A stretch of DNA of 64,000 nucleotides, taken from contig CM041465.1 in NCBI GenBank assembly GCA_023213395.1, positions 222,711,741 to 222,775,740 on the forward strand, in the 5' to 3' direction. Position numbers and translations under genes: made by a program. The DNA comes from Cycas panzhihuaensis (taxonomy: Eukaryota > Plantae > Cycadophyta). The notes under the pieces were generated by a model. The model did not search any database and had not been told where the DNA came from. It saw only the letters and a list, made by a program, of their open reading frames with translations. This document shows, piece by piece, positions 12,501 through 24,000 of this stretch; position 1 is the stretch's first letter, and each line of letters opens with the position of its first letter.

Positions 12501-13462
12501 AAGAAACTTCATTTCCCATAAGCACATCACCACCATTAAGAGGTTGGTATGATGAGAACCAACTCTTGTGTTGACACATGTGCGAAGCACCTGAATCTAA
12601 TAATCAGTCATGGCGATAATGAGAAACATTACAAGCGACCAAGACATCATCATCCATACCTTGATTTGACTCCACCTGATTCACTTCCTTGGCAGAATCT
12701 TCCTTTTTCTGGAACTCCTTCCTTTTGTAACAATCCTTCTTGAGGTGACTGGCCTTATTATAATGCCAACACCTGAACTTACTCTTTTTGCTCTTTGACT
12801 TGGACCTCGATGTATCCTTAGAGTTTTATCCTCTCTCAAACGTTCTACCCCTTACTGTCATGGCTTCTGGTGTGGAGGTTTCAAAACTGGATTTCCTCTG
12901 CACTTCTTCTATTAGCAAAGCACTCAATGTAATCATAATCCAATACATTTGTAGTGCTAAAACTAATTGAGATGACAATATTATCCCAGGATTTGGGTAA
13001 TGAGCATAACAAGGTAACAACCTTGTCCTCATCCTCAATTTTAACATCGATACTAGTCAACTGACAAATAAGAGTATTGAAAATATTTAAATGGTCAGCA
13101 ATTTTTGTACCTTCCTTCATTCGTAACGAGTACAGTTGCCTCTTTAGATAGATTTGATTCATTATTGATTTGGTTATATACAAGCCTTCCAACCGAGTCC
13201 ATAATCCTGCTGTTGTCTCTTCCCCTGCGATGTTAAACAAGACTTCATCTGCCAAGCACAATCATATTGTGCTAAGTGCTTTTTTGTCTAAATCATCCCA
13301 ATCATCATCGTCCATCCCTGTGGGTTTCTTCAATTTACCTGCAAGGCCTTTGTACAAACCCTGCTGTACAAAAATATCATGCACTTTTAGCTTCCACAAC
13401 TCGAAGTTGTTCTTGCCATTGAATTTCTCTACCTCAAACTTTGCACCTACTAGTTTTGCCAT
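9548..13462 (-). pseudogene. copia gag-pol polyprotein (gag, PR, INT, RT, RNase H) with stops and frameshifts
   Basis: ORFs 13262-13546, 12881-13261, 12346-12579, 12067-12336, 10176-11942 (LRTDNRGEF, RLVAKGY, LYVDD) and 9681-9914 (STTEVKY). Confidence 0.95.
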
Positions 13463-13517
13463 TTGGTGTAGAAAGATCGACACCAAAACCTTCACAGACT
13501 CGATGCAAAACAAAAGT

Positions 13518-13530
13518 GGCTCCGATACCA
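13518..13530 (-). promoter_or_regulatory. primer binding site, tRNA-iMet type
   Basis: Minus strand TGGTATCGGAGCC, 2 nt inside the 5' LTR. Confidence 0.9.
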
Positions 13531-13532
13531 CT

Positions 13533-14126
13533 TGTTGAGAATACAAGGTCCCAAACCTTAAACTGCCACAAAATCTGAACTATTTTGTAACTAGTTACAG
13601 GAATTGAAACTAAGATTTAACATGCAAGTTCTAAAATCAAAGATAATACAATAACATCAATATACAAGCTAAACATCATATATGCACCCGATATAACGTG
13701 ATAAAACCCTAGCAGTATGCTAGGGAAACATCCACACAAGAAATGTATCGATCTTTATTACTGTAGAATGGAGAAACAATACATCTCAGTAGCAGAGTGC
13801 TCTCAGGAATAACAACCAGCCACCGCCCTCTTCACAATACATTACATTTTCATACAATATAATAAGAAAAGCCCTAAAACAGGCTACATGAGAGGGACAT
13901 CCAATGCATGAATCTCAACCATAGAATCTAGGGTATTTGTATCGAACGACCCTGATTTTCTTTACATTTAATATGGTTTACAGGGCTAATTTTTCGGGTC
14001 GGGGGTTATCGCCCCCGAACCCCCTCCTTTTCCCTTGGAACCCCTCGAGAAAGATTAGGGGGGGAAACCGCGCCAAAAACATGCCAAAATTTTAACCTTT
14101 AAATATTGTTGTCACAATATCCAACA
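13533..14126 (-). repeat. 5' LTR of Tork-like copia
   Basis: TGTTGAGAAT...ATCCAACA, matches 8870-9500. Confidence 0.95.
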
Positions 14127-14131
14127 AAAAT

Positions 14132-15181
14132 AGGACAGAGTGAAATCTAGGAAAAAGTAAGGGACTACTTCTTGAGAAAAAGCCAAGTAGGCAACCCCTA
14201 ACCGATATCACCAGAGGTGAACCAAGAGAAACGACAACAAAAAGAGATGACCTCATCAACCGAAGAAAACATAAAAGAAAAGCAAAAGGAAACTGTGGAA
14301 GAAGTGGTAAGGGAGGAGAAAAATAAAAAAGATGAAATAAGAAGGGGAAAGCAAAAAATAAGAGAAGTTGGATGGCAGTTAAGCAGAAAATTGTGGAGAA
14401 AAAACAACAACTAGCCCTGCAGTCTAATAAGCCCGTGATCACAAAAGAATAAAGAAGAAAAAAAAAGAAAATTACAACAAAGAAAGTTAAGCAAGAAATA
14501 ATCAGAATTCTAAATAGTCAGACCGTCGAGGTAAATTTTGATTTCAGCAGTGAGGAATTGGTGGAGGAAGGGATCAATTCAATGGAGTACCAACTGCATA
14601 ATCTGGCACATTGGAAGGTCTCTTTCCTAGTTAAAGTTATCCATCAAATGGTAAACAAATTGGAATCCCAAAGCAAATGGCCACCACCAGATTAGCAGTG
14701 AATCCAAAAGGCAGAAGATTAGCTAATAGCCTGTGAAGTAAAGTTAGAATTTTTGATTAAATTCATTTTGCATTGGGTAAGAGATATGTCTAGAGTAAAT
14801 CACCTAGTGCCAGTTTTTTATGTGATGTTTGCCAAGCAAATCCCAGAGGGGCTGGAAAGCGTAATACATAAGTTGGGAGCATGGATTATGAAAATGCGAG
14901 ACAATGTCGAGTATGCAAATTGTTTCTAGTCGATGATTGCTTCATTAAGAAGCGATTTACTTTATATAGAAATGAGAAAGAGTGAATTAGAGGAAGAGAT
15001 CGAGCGGACATACTTAGGCGAGAAGGCAACAATGGCCCAGCTGCAAACATTGTGTGACGTCGGAATCCTCTATGACCATTATAAGAAGCAAGGCATAAAT
15101 CTACATTATACAGTTTACCGACCGGACCTACAAAGGATTCACGCTAAAATGGTGAAGATCAGAAAAGCACGAGAAAGCTAA
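14132..15181 (+). pseudogene. extra 3' ORF of element A, C-terminal part (E/K-rich, coiled-coil-like)
   Basis: Resumes after the copia TSD; E/K-rich ORF 14217-14414 and ORF 14933-15181. Confidence 0.5.
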
Positions 15182-15261
15182 AATTTCTTTTTTTATAACA
15201 ATTGTAATATTTTCTTATTATTTACGAGTGAAGGCAATCGTAAGAATTGTGGCAGGAGAGG

Positions 15262-15655
15262 TGTGCAGGCTGAGGTAGTTGCAACCCGACTAATGTAATT
15301 GATTATATCTGAAACCAATCTTTAAAGGAGGAATGGTTGCAACCAACTTTGCCTGCAGTTACAAAAAATGAAGAATAAATGTAGAGGCAATTCTGATGCT
15401 TGTGTGTGTGTATAGTTGTTTTTATTGCACAGTGTGATGCCCTTGTATATATTGTACTTGATATGTATTATCTTGAATGCCGCATGTACTACTCTAGGTT
15501 GCCTCTGGTTGTGAGAGAACTAGAAGCAACCCGTCATAATGCAACAATTATGATTTTTGCTTCGTGAACTTATTGTATTCCTAATGGTTCTGGTTGAATT
15601 GTATTAAGATATTGTCGCCTCTTGTGCCTATTTATGCAGGTTAATAGGTAGCACA
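15262..15655 (+). repeat. putative 3' LTR of element A
   Basis: Purine tract GGCAGGAGAGG (15251-15261), then TGTGC...GCACA inverted termini. Contains GTTGCAACC at ~15278 and GGTTGCAACC at ~15335. The partner LTR is outside the window. Confidence 0.6.
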
Positions 15656-16559
15656 TACACACCTAAATTTTAAAGCCAACTTCACTATTAAAAACTTTCA
15701 AATAATGCAATTCATGTCCATAGGTTTTTAAAACCAACTTCAAAGTTAGTCCAAAGATTTATTCTCTATGTTCCCCTCTTATTTCACTATAAATAGCTCT
15801 CACATGAAAGCTTTTTGGTTCACAATTTTTCATTTGCTCACATGTGCACTTGCTTCCTCATGCTTAAGTAAGGCTCTTCACATATTAATTGATTGTTATC
15901 TCTGATTCATTTTTGCATGTAATCAAAGGAGTTCATATGCCCTAGTTATTGCCTTCGTGTTTATAAAGATCTTTTATCATTTTTCTCTCAAATTGTTAGC
16001 TCTATTCCATACTACAGTTGTACAAGAATATCACTATTCCATACAATTGATTTTATACTACCATCTAACAATATTCCTCTTCTCATACTACAAATTATAC
16101 ATTATGATCCAATAATATCCATCTTGTAATACCACAGATCTGGCACTTTTTCAATAACATCACCGTGGACCTAATGTTGTCTTTCAATAGTACACTATGA
16201 GTTTCTTACACTATTTAAATAGTATTATTCATAATATCATGGATTTTGCACTATATTTCAATGGTATCCATCAAATTAGTTTGATCACTTCACTCTCTCA
16301 CAATCTATTTTATTTTATTTCACTCTCTCACATTATTTCATTTTTTTTATTTTCTTTTTTTTTTGTTTCTTGCATACATTTGGACTGCTTTATTGCCTTA
16401 AATGGTCTGTTAAGTCTCTATTGACTCAACTCATACTTAACATTATCCCTATCTTGAAGCAACCCTCCTCCATCCTCATATAGGCTTCCTTTTGGAATTT
16501 CTCATGTTAATAGTTAACAAGTACATAACAATATTTTTATTTTGATATTGTTTTATAGG

Positions 16560-17653
16560 AAGAAGATTGAAAAGGAATATCATACACACTCTCATCAATA
16601 AGGATCCGTAGTCAAGCAACAAAGTAAGAGCGACTCACATATTTGGTTTAATTGTTTTAACAAAGGGAATAATAAGAGGTTGCAATAAAAAATCCCAGAA
16701 ACCTTTACTGAAAAATAATTTGTTGTGCACATATAAATACTTTCATCACTTGTAGGATTACATGTTCTTTGTGAAATGAATTTTATTTCTTTCTTCTCGA
16801 GTATATTTCTACACTAGGTATTATCTTAGATCAAAAAAATGAAGCCCCATTCCCAAGCAAACAACATAATTTCAATCTTAGAGAAAAACTTAGCACCATA
16901 CAATGCATTTAGTAACTTGTTAATACAGTGAATACGATATTCATTTTCTATGACAACATTATTCAAGATCCAATAGTCTACATATAGCCAAAATGACCCA
17001 TATTTCTTCTAAAGTTAAAATAACTAATGTTGCAAATGGAAACTTTCCAAGTTATGTTGACCTATTTTCAAGAGGTCATGCACCACTCTTTTAATTGTAT
17101 TTTATGTGTGACAAGTTGTAAGTACGATCAAATAATAATAGGTATAATTCACACATCTAATTCAATTGTTTACTCCATTCCTTGATTAGGAGTTATGCCT
17201 ATTCGTAAATCTCTAAAGAGAACTATACATCATGTTAACACTTCCTTTATAAACTAATTTCTTGTAGGGAGGATTTATGCCCTGCAATGAAAAAGGTAAA
17301 GCTAGCATACCACTGACTTCTGTGAAATTCTTTCTCCATTCTATAAGAGGACACAACCTCGATTACTAGGAGGTTAAATTTCAAATACAATTTCTCACAG
17401 TTGAAATATGTGTTCCCTAGGGTTCGACCTCTAACAAGAAAGTACTACTTTATCCTCTCTATAGGAATGATGCAGAGATCAATCTCTATAGTGAATCTTC
17501 CAACACTAAGCTTCAAGTTGGGACACATCCTTTTATGTGGTATGGCTTCCCTGTTGCCATTTTTTATCATGAAATTTATTATCTTTACCATTACCAAATA
17601 ACGTTTGGGTATTGTTCATCACTCAATAATTTACATGTAGTCCTTAGGCTTTG
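16560..17653 (-). pseudogene. heavily decayed gypsy (chromovirus-like) protease-RT relic; target of the element B insertion
   Basis: Minus-strand remnants MCPNLKLSVG..IDLCIIP, LQGINPP, KKYGSFWLYVDY and DLR. Confidence 0.55.
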
Positions 17654-18484
17654 TGTTGACTGCTGGGTGTCTTATTACACTTACAAGATACCCCTTTCAC
17701 TTGTCAAGGTTACCCAGTGTTATAGTCTAGTTCAGGATACTGTCAACATGGTCATTCACATACATTCCACATATAATTCACATATATTTCACAGAATGGT
17801 ACATGAAATGCAATCAATACATACTCAGCAATTTATCATCACAATACAAAGAATACACCATTTTCCACGTAACTCTTCCTTTTATTAAGTAATCAAGTCA
17901 ATTTACACAGAGGCTGGAATGCATTCCTAAGCATTCCGGTGACATCTGATCCTTACATTACACATGCGTACCCAGATGGTACTTATCATACAGTGCTGCT
18001 CCAATTGGCTGACATACGTGCTAGCTTCTGCACCTTTGCGTACCCATGATAATCGGCTCTCACCCTAACCTGGTGGTTCATGCGTACCTCCTTAAGTACT
18101 CATGTTGGTGCCTTTTGGCTGAAGGGTTATGACTACCTGTCATAACCGTACCCCTTCAGTCATACGTACCTTTCTATTAATCACTTGTTTAGGCACTTAA
18201 TTAATTATCCTTTATGTCTGTACGTTCATACGTACGTCTGGCAACTCAACAAGTCTTCACTAGTCCCTTTGAGTCATGCGTACCACTTCCGCTCGGTTCT
18301 GTTCCGCCGTTGGTACGTATCTGTCATACGTACCCGTTCAGTGCGTGCACATCATACGTGCCGAATCGATTTCTCTGCCGTTTTGCCTCGTGCGTACCTC
18401 CGTACGGTCCGTACCTACACAACTTAGGTTACCTGACCTACCTCTGGTCCTCTCACAGCCATTGGATCACTTTAGACTCCAACA
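17654..18484 (-). repeat. 3' LTR of element B
   Basis: TGTTGACTG...CTCCAACA; repeat of 27391-28225; rich in TGCGTAC and TACGTAC motifs. Confidence 0.96.
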
Positions 18485-18659
18485 TCTATCCCGGGTCAAT
18501 AGTTATGGGTTTGAGCATCCTTGCTCAACAAAACTCAAAAATTTTCAAAATTTCGGGGTATCCCTCCCCCGCTCTGTCTCAAGGCGGCTCCTGCTGCCTC
18601 TATCCTCCCAAAATCTCCTCATTTATCTGTGTCAGGGTGGCAATAATAGCATCCTTCTC

Positions 18660-19700
18660 TTTTATTTTGTCCTGAAGGGCAGCTATCTCAGCTTTATACC
18701 CTTCCTCCATTTCCCGAATCATTTGAATTATAGGTCCCGCTTTATCTTATGGTGTAGGAGGTGTTGAAGGTTCCCCTGCCTCCGTTGCCTGTGGGAAGTC
18801 TTCCCATTCTTCCTAGGATGCTTCTGCTTCTTCTTCCTCCTCTTTTGATTCTTCTTCTCCCTTCTTCCTCTTTCCTCGTCGATGGATAGCCTGTTTTGTC
18901 CAATGAAAAATGGGTGTTCCTGGTGTTTTTTGTAGCCAGGTAAGTACCTTTTGCATCTGTTTTTGTACTTTCCTCTTTGCTTCCAGACATTCATTGTGTT
19001 CTGAAATTACTAACGCCTTCGCAATGATTGGTTCCCGCGGAGAAATAGTGGTCCTGGTCAACTGCACCTCACGGACCTTTGGTAGAATAAAATTGCCAAA
19101 AGCAATGAAGGATGGCAGAATGGGTGTGTCCTAATATCCTTTAGTCACGCCTCATGTTTTACGCCAAGAATTCGGACCAATTCATCTTTTCCCGTCTCGG
19201 ATTTTCAACAACACGCATCGTGCCTCCACGAATGTAGGTGTACTTCGTTTGACAAAACACGGAATTGATCACTTTGGCCACCTACTGAAGTCTAGCATCC
19301 ATGATGTCTGCTACACGGATCCCACCGGACATAATCTGAGTGTTGGGTTGGCATAATTCTCTCAACCACATTTCTCTGTCCACTTCTAACCTTTTTGTTC
19401 CCAGTGGAATCTCTCCTTCCTTGGGAAGTCTGGTAATGGTATGGACTATGTCTGCGTCCATTTTAGCCTTCCTGCTGTCCTCCTTCAAGGCCATTAGGAT
19501 TTGGTCCATGAGTTCAGGGTCATAGTACATTGGGTTACAGTAGATGTAGTCTCCCCAACCTGCTTGTTTAACCCTGGCCTGGAATGGAGCTGGTAGAGCT
19601 TGTAGCTCTTACTTGAGTTTCGGTATATAAGCCTCCTGGCACCCTGCTATCCTCGTACTGGCTGCGAAGTCCCAGAGATAAGAAAGAAAACCTAAGCGTA
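18660..19700 (-). pseudogene. extra 3' sense ORF of element B (homolog of the element A extra ORF)
   Basis: AGWGDYIYCNPMYYDPELMDQIL..MDADIVHTITRLPKEGE..GIRVADIMDARLQ*VAK..KMNWSEFLA, then an E/K/R-rich tail. Confidence 0.65.
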
Positions 19701-19902
19701 CAAATCGGAACCCTACGTATGTACCTCTAAGGAACGCTTGCCGTTTTTAGGTCTTTGCATACTGCGATGCGTACCGAAGTGAATTCTTTGCGTTCCGTGT
19801 CGTACGGATGTCGGGCGAACTTTCCGGAGTCTGTTCCGCTCTGCATACTTCGCGAGAATGCTCGCAGGTACATAATGATTTGTCGTTTTGCGGATTTTTG
19901 TC

Positions 19903-20322
19903 TTATACGTACTGTCGGTACGTATAATGTTAAGAGTTTCCATTATACGTACTCGATTACATACTTTCTTTAGTACGTATAATGTAACTAAGCACCTGAG
20001 TGTATTTTACACAGTGCGTACCCGACTACGTACTTTTTTTTGGTACGTATAATGTAGTCGTTTAACTTAATTCTCTTTGCACTGTGCGTATCTACCTACG
20101 TACTTTTCAGGTACGTATAATGTATTTGAGCCACTTAAAATTTGTTTACATCGTGCGTACCAAACTGCGTACTGTTTAGGTACGTATAGTGTGATTTTGA
20201 ATCACTTTTTTGAACTGTGCATACTTCAATGTGTTTCCTTGGTACGTATAGTATCTTTTTCAAATTTGATCACCTTTTTCAACTGTACGTACCTGGTAAC
20301 ATACCTTTTTGGTACGTATACC
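19903..20322. repeat. array of ~43-bp palindromic repeats separated by 21-27-bp variable spacers (period ~69 bp)
   Basis: GGTACGTATA(A/G)TGT-like cores at 19917, 19972, 20042, 20110, 20179, 20241 and 20311. Confidence 0.9.
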
Positions 20323-20548
20323 ATATTTTATTTGTATGCTGTTGAATTTCCCTCTGATTTTCTCAGATGATGATGTTGTTACTTATGTCTGGGATGAGTT
20401 ATGGTTGTTTTTTTATTTTTTCCAATTTTTTTCCTCTTTTTGTATCCATACCGAACTAGATCATGGCTCGGTATCAAGCCATTTGATTGTGCCTCAATGT
20501 CATGCAATATAATATAGTACAACCAGCTGATCCTACTAGTAGGCTGGG

Positions 20549-21673
20549 CTACTTAATATATGGCTTGAGTCTGCTACCGTTTATCCGAGTTGGTAGCAAA
20601 GGTCCGTCGATCTCTCGAAGCTGCACCGATCCATTCTCAAAGATTCGTTCTGCGATGTATGGTCCCAACCACCGCATCTTGAGTTTTCCGGGGTGCGTTT
20701 TGAATTTGCTATCGTACAACAACACTTGATCACCTTTGTTGAATTGAGGTTTCCATAGATGGCAGTCGTGCCATACTTTTTGCCGCCGCTTCTCCACATG
20801 TTGCAACCAGTTTGCCAGGTGTCGTTTCTCTTCTAGTCGCACTAAGTCTTCCAATCGTCGTTCCAAAGACTGGAGGTCATCTAATCAACATTGTATTGCA
20901 ACTCGTAGACTGGGTATCTCAAATTCTGTCAGGAGAATGGCTTCTGTGCCATACACAAGCTGGAATGGAGTTTGTCCAGTTGACCTCTTGTATGTCCTTC
21001 GAAATGCCCATAGCACAGATGGTAATTTCTTGGCCCAATCAAATCTGTCGATGTCGCATATCTTCTGCAAGCAATTCTTGATTATCTTGTTTGAGCTCTC
21101 TGCTTGACCATTGGCTCTCAAGTAGTATGGAGTAGATTTCTGGTGGCTAATCATAAAGGCAGATGTCAGTGTTTTGACAGTTTGATTGAGGAAGTGGGCA
21201 CCTTGGTCACTTACAATCTCCAAGGGGCATCCAAATCGTGTAATCACTACCTCATACAGAAATCTTATTGTGCTTTCCGCATTGGCTTTTCGTAATGCGT
21301 GTGCTTCTACCCACTTTGTCGTGTAGTTGGTTGCCACCAGAATGTATCGAGCTTTCGATCTACGCGCGGCTGGTTTGATTGGCCCCACAAAGTCGAGCCC
21401 CCACTTCTCGAATGGTACCAAGGGTAATATGGGATGTAACAGTTGGAAATCCTGTCGATTAGGTTTCCACACCCGTTGGCAATAGTTGCAGGCTTGAATC
21501 CATTTTTTGACATCCTCGAACATAGGCGGCCACCAGAACCTAGACGTCAAGATCTTCCGCCATGTGGCCAATTTCCCCATGTGGCCACCCCCTACTCCTT
21601 CATGTGCCTGCGACATGATCTGGTTTATCTCATGTTGTCGAACACAACGTCGTGATACGCCGTCTGGTCCCAA
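20549..21673 (-). pseudogene. integrase of element B with GPY/F tail
   Basis: AHEGVGGGH..CNYCQ, WGLDFVGPI, IVSDQG, NGQAESSNK, RWLGPY. Confidence 0.95.
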
Positions 21674-21689
21674 TTTGTATAACTCTCCA

Positions 21690-23250
21690 CTGATGAGTTG
21701 ATAAGGCTCCGCTTTTCTGATAAAATTTCTCTTTCCCGTTCTGGTGGTACTTCTCCAGTCGCTAGATATTCTGGTATTCCCTCATACCAGTCTGTTGGAA
21801 CTGCTTCCACGCTGAACAGAGCTGCATCTGGAAAATCGTCTTGCACTCCCGTGGCTTTTTCTCCGTTTTTTATTCTCGACAACTGATCGGGAATGATATG
21901 GGCTTTGCCAGGTTTCACAATAACTTTGAAAGAAAATTCTTGAAACAACATCAACCACCTACTGATTCTCCCTCGCATAATCAGTTTATTCACCAAATAC
22001 ATTAACGCTTGGTGATCAACGAAAAACAAGAATGGATTTGATAATAAATAGTGTCGAAACTTTTGCAATGCATAGACCATGCCGAGTGCTTCTCTCTCTG
22101 TCGTTGTATAATTTTGCTCGGCTCTCGTAAGTTTCCGACTGGCGAAATAGATTGGATGATCTGTTTTGTCATCATTAGGCTGTGCCAATACGCATCCAAT
22201 GGCGTATTGCGACGCACCCACATGCACATGAAAAGTCTTCTTCCAATCTGGGAATCGCAGTATAGGTGCTGCTACAATGGTTTGTTTCAATGTTTCGAAC
22301 GCTCGTTGTTGTTCTTCTGTCCATGCCCATTCAATATTCTTTTTCAACAACTCTTCCAGAGGTCCAGATATGTATGCATACCCCCTGATAAACTTTCTAT
22401 AATATCCTGTCAAACCTAGAAAACCTTTCAGCTGTTTTCTTGTAATTGGTGTCGAAAAGTGCAGAATGGTAGATACTTTTGCTGGATCTGTCAGCAATCC
22501 TTCTTTGCTGATTATATGTCCCAATAAGTTTCTGAAGGGTACCAGAAAGGTACACTTTTCTGGATTGAGACAACTTATTTTCCCAGCACGTTTGCAACAT
22601 TTCCCCCAGATTTTCCATGTGATCTTTCATCAGTCCATACAATGTCCAGTCGTCTAAGAATACAACAATTTTTTCTCCAATAAACTTCTAAAAGATATTA
22701 ATTACAATTCGCTGGAATGTAGCTGGTGCATTCGTGAGACCGAATGGCATCACTTTGTAGGCGTATGTTCCCCATTCTGTTACGAATGTAGTTTTTGTCT
22801 GATCCTCTAGGGCAATCTGCACTTGATTGTACCCACTGAATCCGTCTGTGAAGGAATAAATCTCATTTCCCCCAACTGCTTCTAAAATATCCTCCGTAAA
22901 AGGTAGCAGAATGGATCCTTCTTTGTTACCTTATTCAAGCTGTCTGTAGTCCACACAGTGAATTTTCCCATTTTTCTTGGGAACCACCACTACAGGGCTC
23001 ACCCAGTCATTGTAGTCGATCTCGTAGATATAACCCGCTTCCAACATTTTGTCAAGTTCAGCTTTCGCTTTCTCTTTGTATTTCGGATTCATCTGGTATG
23101 GCCATTGTTTCACCGGTTTTGCATCCTCCACTAAGTCAATGTGATGCATTCCTATCTCCGTAGGAATGCCTTTCAGGTCCTTATACAACCATGCAAATAC
23201 ATCACAGAATTCTTCGAATAACTGCTGGGCTTCCGCTACTGTCTGAGGGT
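21690..23250 (-). pseudogene. pol: reverse transcriptase and RNase H of element B
   Basis: [40 protein letters not shown] (22649-22660), FLGLTGYYR, NYTTTEREAL. Confidence 0.95.
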
Positions 23251-23499
23251 CCCAATAGTTTCCGATTTGAATGAATTTAGGATTTTCCTGATTACCAACA
23301 TTAATCTCTGTAGTTTTTAACTTTGTTACACCCGCATCTTCTGTATTTCCAGTTTTGTGTCCCGGAGTGTCTTCGAGCTTTCTTTCTCCAACATTGAATT
23401 CTGTAAATTTTGCAGGATAGTTTATAACTTCTTCTTCTTCACTATGTGTAGATTTTATCTCTTCTTGGTCTGTTAGGTGTTGTTCTAATTTTATACTCA

Positions 23500-24000
23500 T
23501 TACTCTAATATGTTTCAGGATTTTGTCTATTTCTTTGTTATCAGTATGCCTAAAGGTTTTATGAAGGATTTCTTTAAGTTTCCCATGTTATATCTAAATT
23601 TTGTTCCTTCAGGAACAGGTCCTTCGCTACTCTCCCCAAGGTGTGGTAGAAATAGTTAGGCCAATTCTGTTTAGGTATACTTAAAGATCTCCATTTTTGT
23701 TTACAATTATGTATATGTTTCTTAGGATTGTGACCTACGTAGAATACTGGAATGGTTAGTTGGGTTAGATGATCGAACCGTATTCGAAACATCGTTTGTA
23801 AATCTTTCCAATTCCTAAGAGTGGCTTGGTGAGATAGATACCAGTACCAAGCTTTTCCCCGTAAGGTTAGGATCAAGTCCTGCTGCCATTGGGTTTTATC
23901 CCAATTCCCATGTTCCATCCAATATTCCATACAATGCGTTAAATGGGTAGTCCCATATAACTGCTCCCCACAGAATGGTTTAATATAGTTCCCAATGTAA
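23500..24000 (-). pseudogene. two tandem Gag-capsid-like domains inside pol of element B
   Basis: ORF 23574-24086: KPFCG..HLTHC..LTLRGKAWYWY..NWKDLQTMFRIRF, then IPVFYVGHNPKKHIHNC..W..FYHTLG..A..W. A 1-nt frameshift continues it as LKKSFIK. Confidence 0.75.

Larger units (their letters stand above)
8870..14126 (-). mobile_element. full-length Ty1/copia element, Tork/Tnt1-like
   Basis: LTRs 8870-9500 and 13533-14126 (TG..CA); TSD AAAAT on both sides; Met PBS; PPT; gag begins AKFEVEKFNGKNNFELWK, as in Tnt1-type gags. Confidence 0.96.
1..15655 (+). mobile_element. Element A: decayed Ty3/gypsy LTR retrotransposon (non-chromovirus, Athila/Selgy-like), 5' end outside window, carrying two nested insertions
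   Basis: Ordered gag, PR, RT, RH, INT remnants on +. RT motifs YSFTDGF and FMDD, INT motif LDFVGPI. Followed by a repeat array, an extra ORF and a putative 3' LTR. Confidence 0.88.

Noticed and set aside
15700-16500. Possible LTR or promoter with CTATAAATA at ~15787
   Set aside because: No partner repeat, TSD or defined termini found.
17401-18767. Several + strand ORFs of 66-163 aa over the element B LTR (and 27404-28268)
   Set aside because: They lie antisense in LTR sequence, are not preserved between the two LTR copies, and show no domains.
19903-20322. Bona fide CRISPR array
   Set aside because: Eukaryotic retrotransposon context, no cas genes, degenerate repeats and weakly related T-rich spacers. 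Reported instead as a repeat-spacer-like array.
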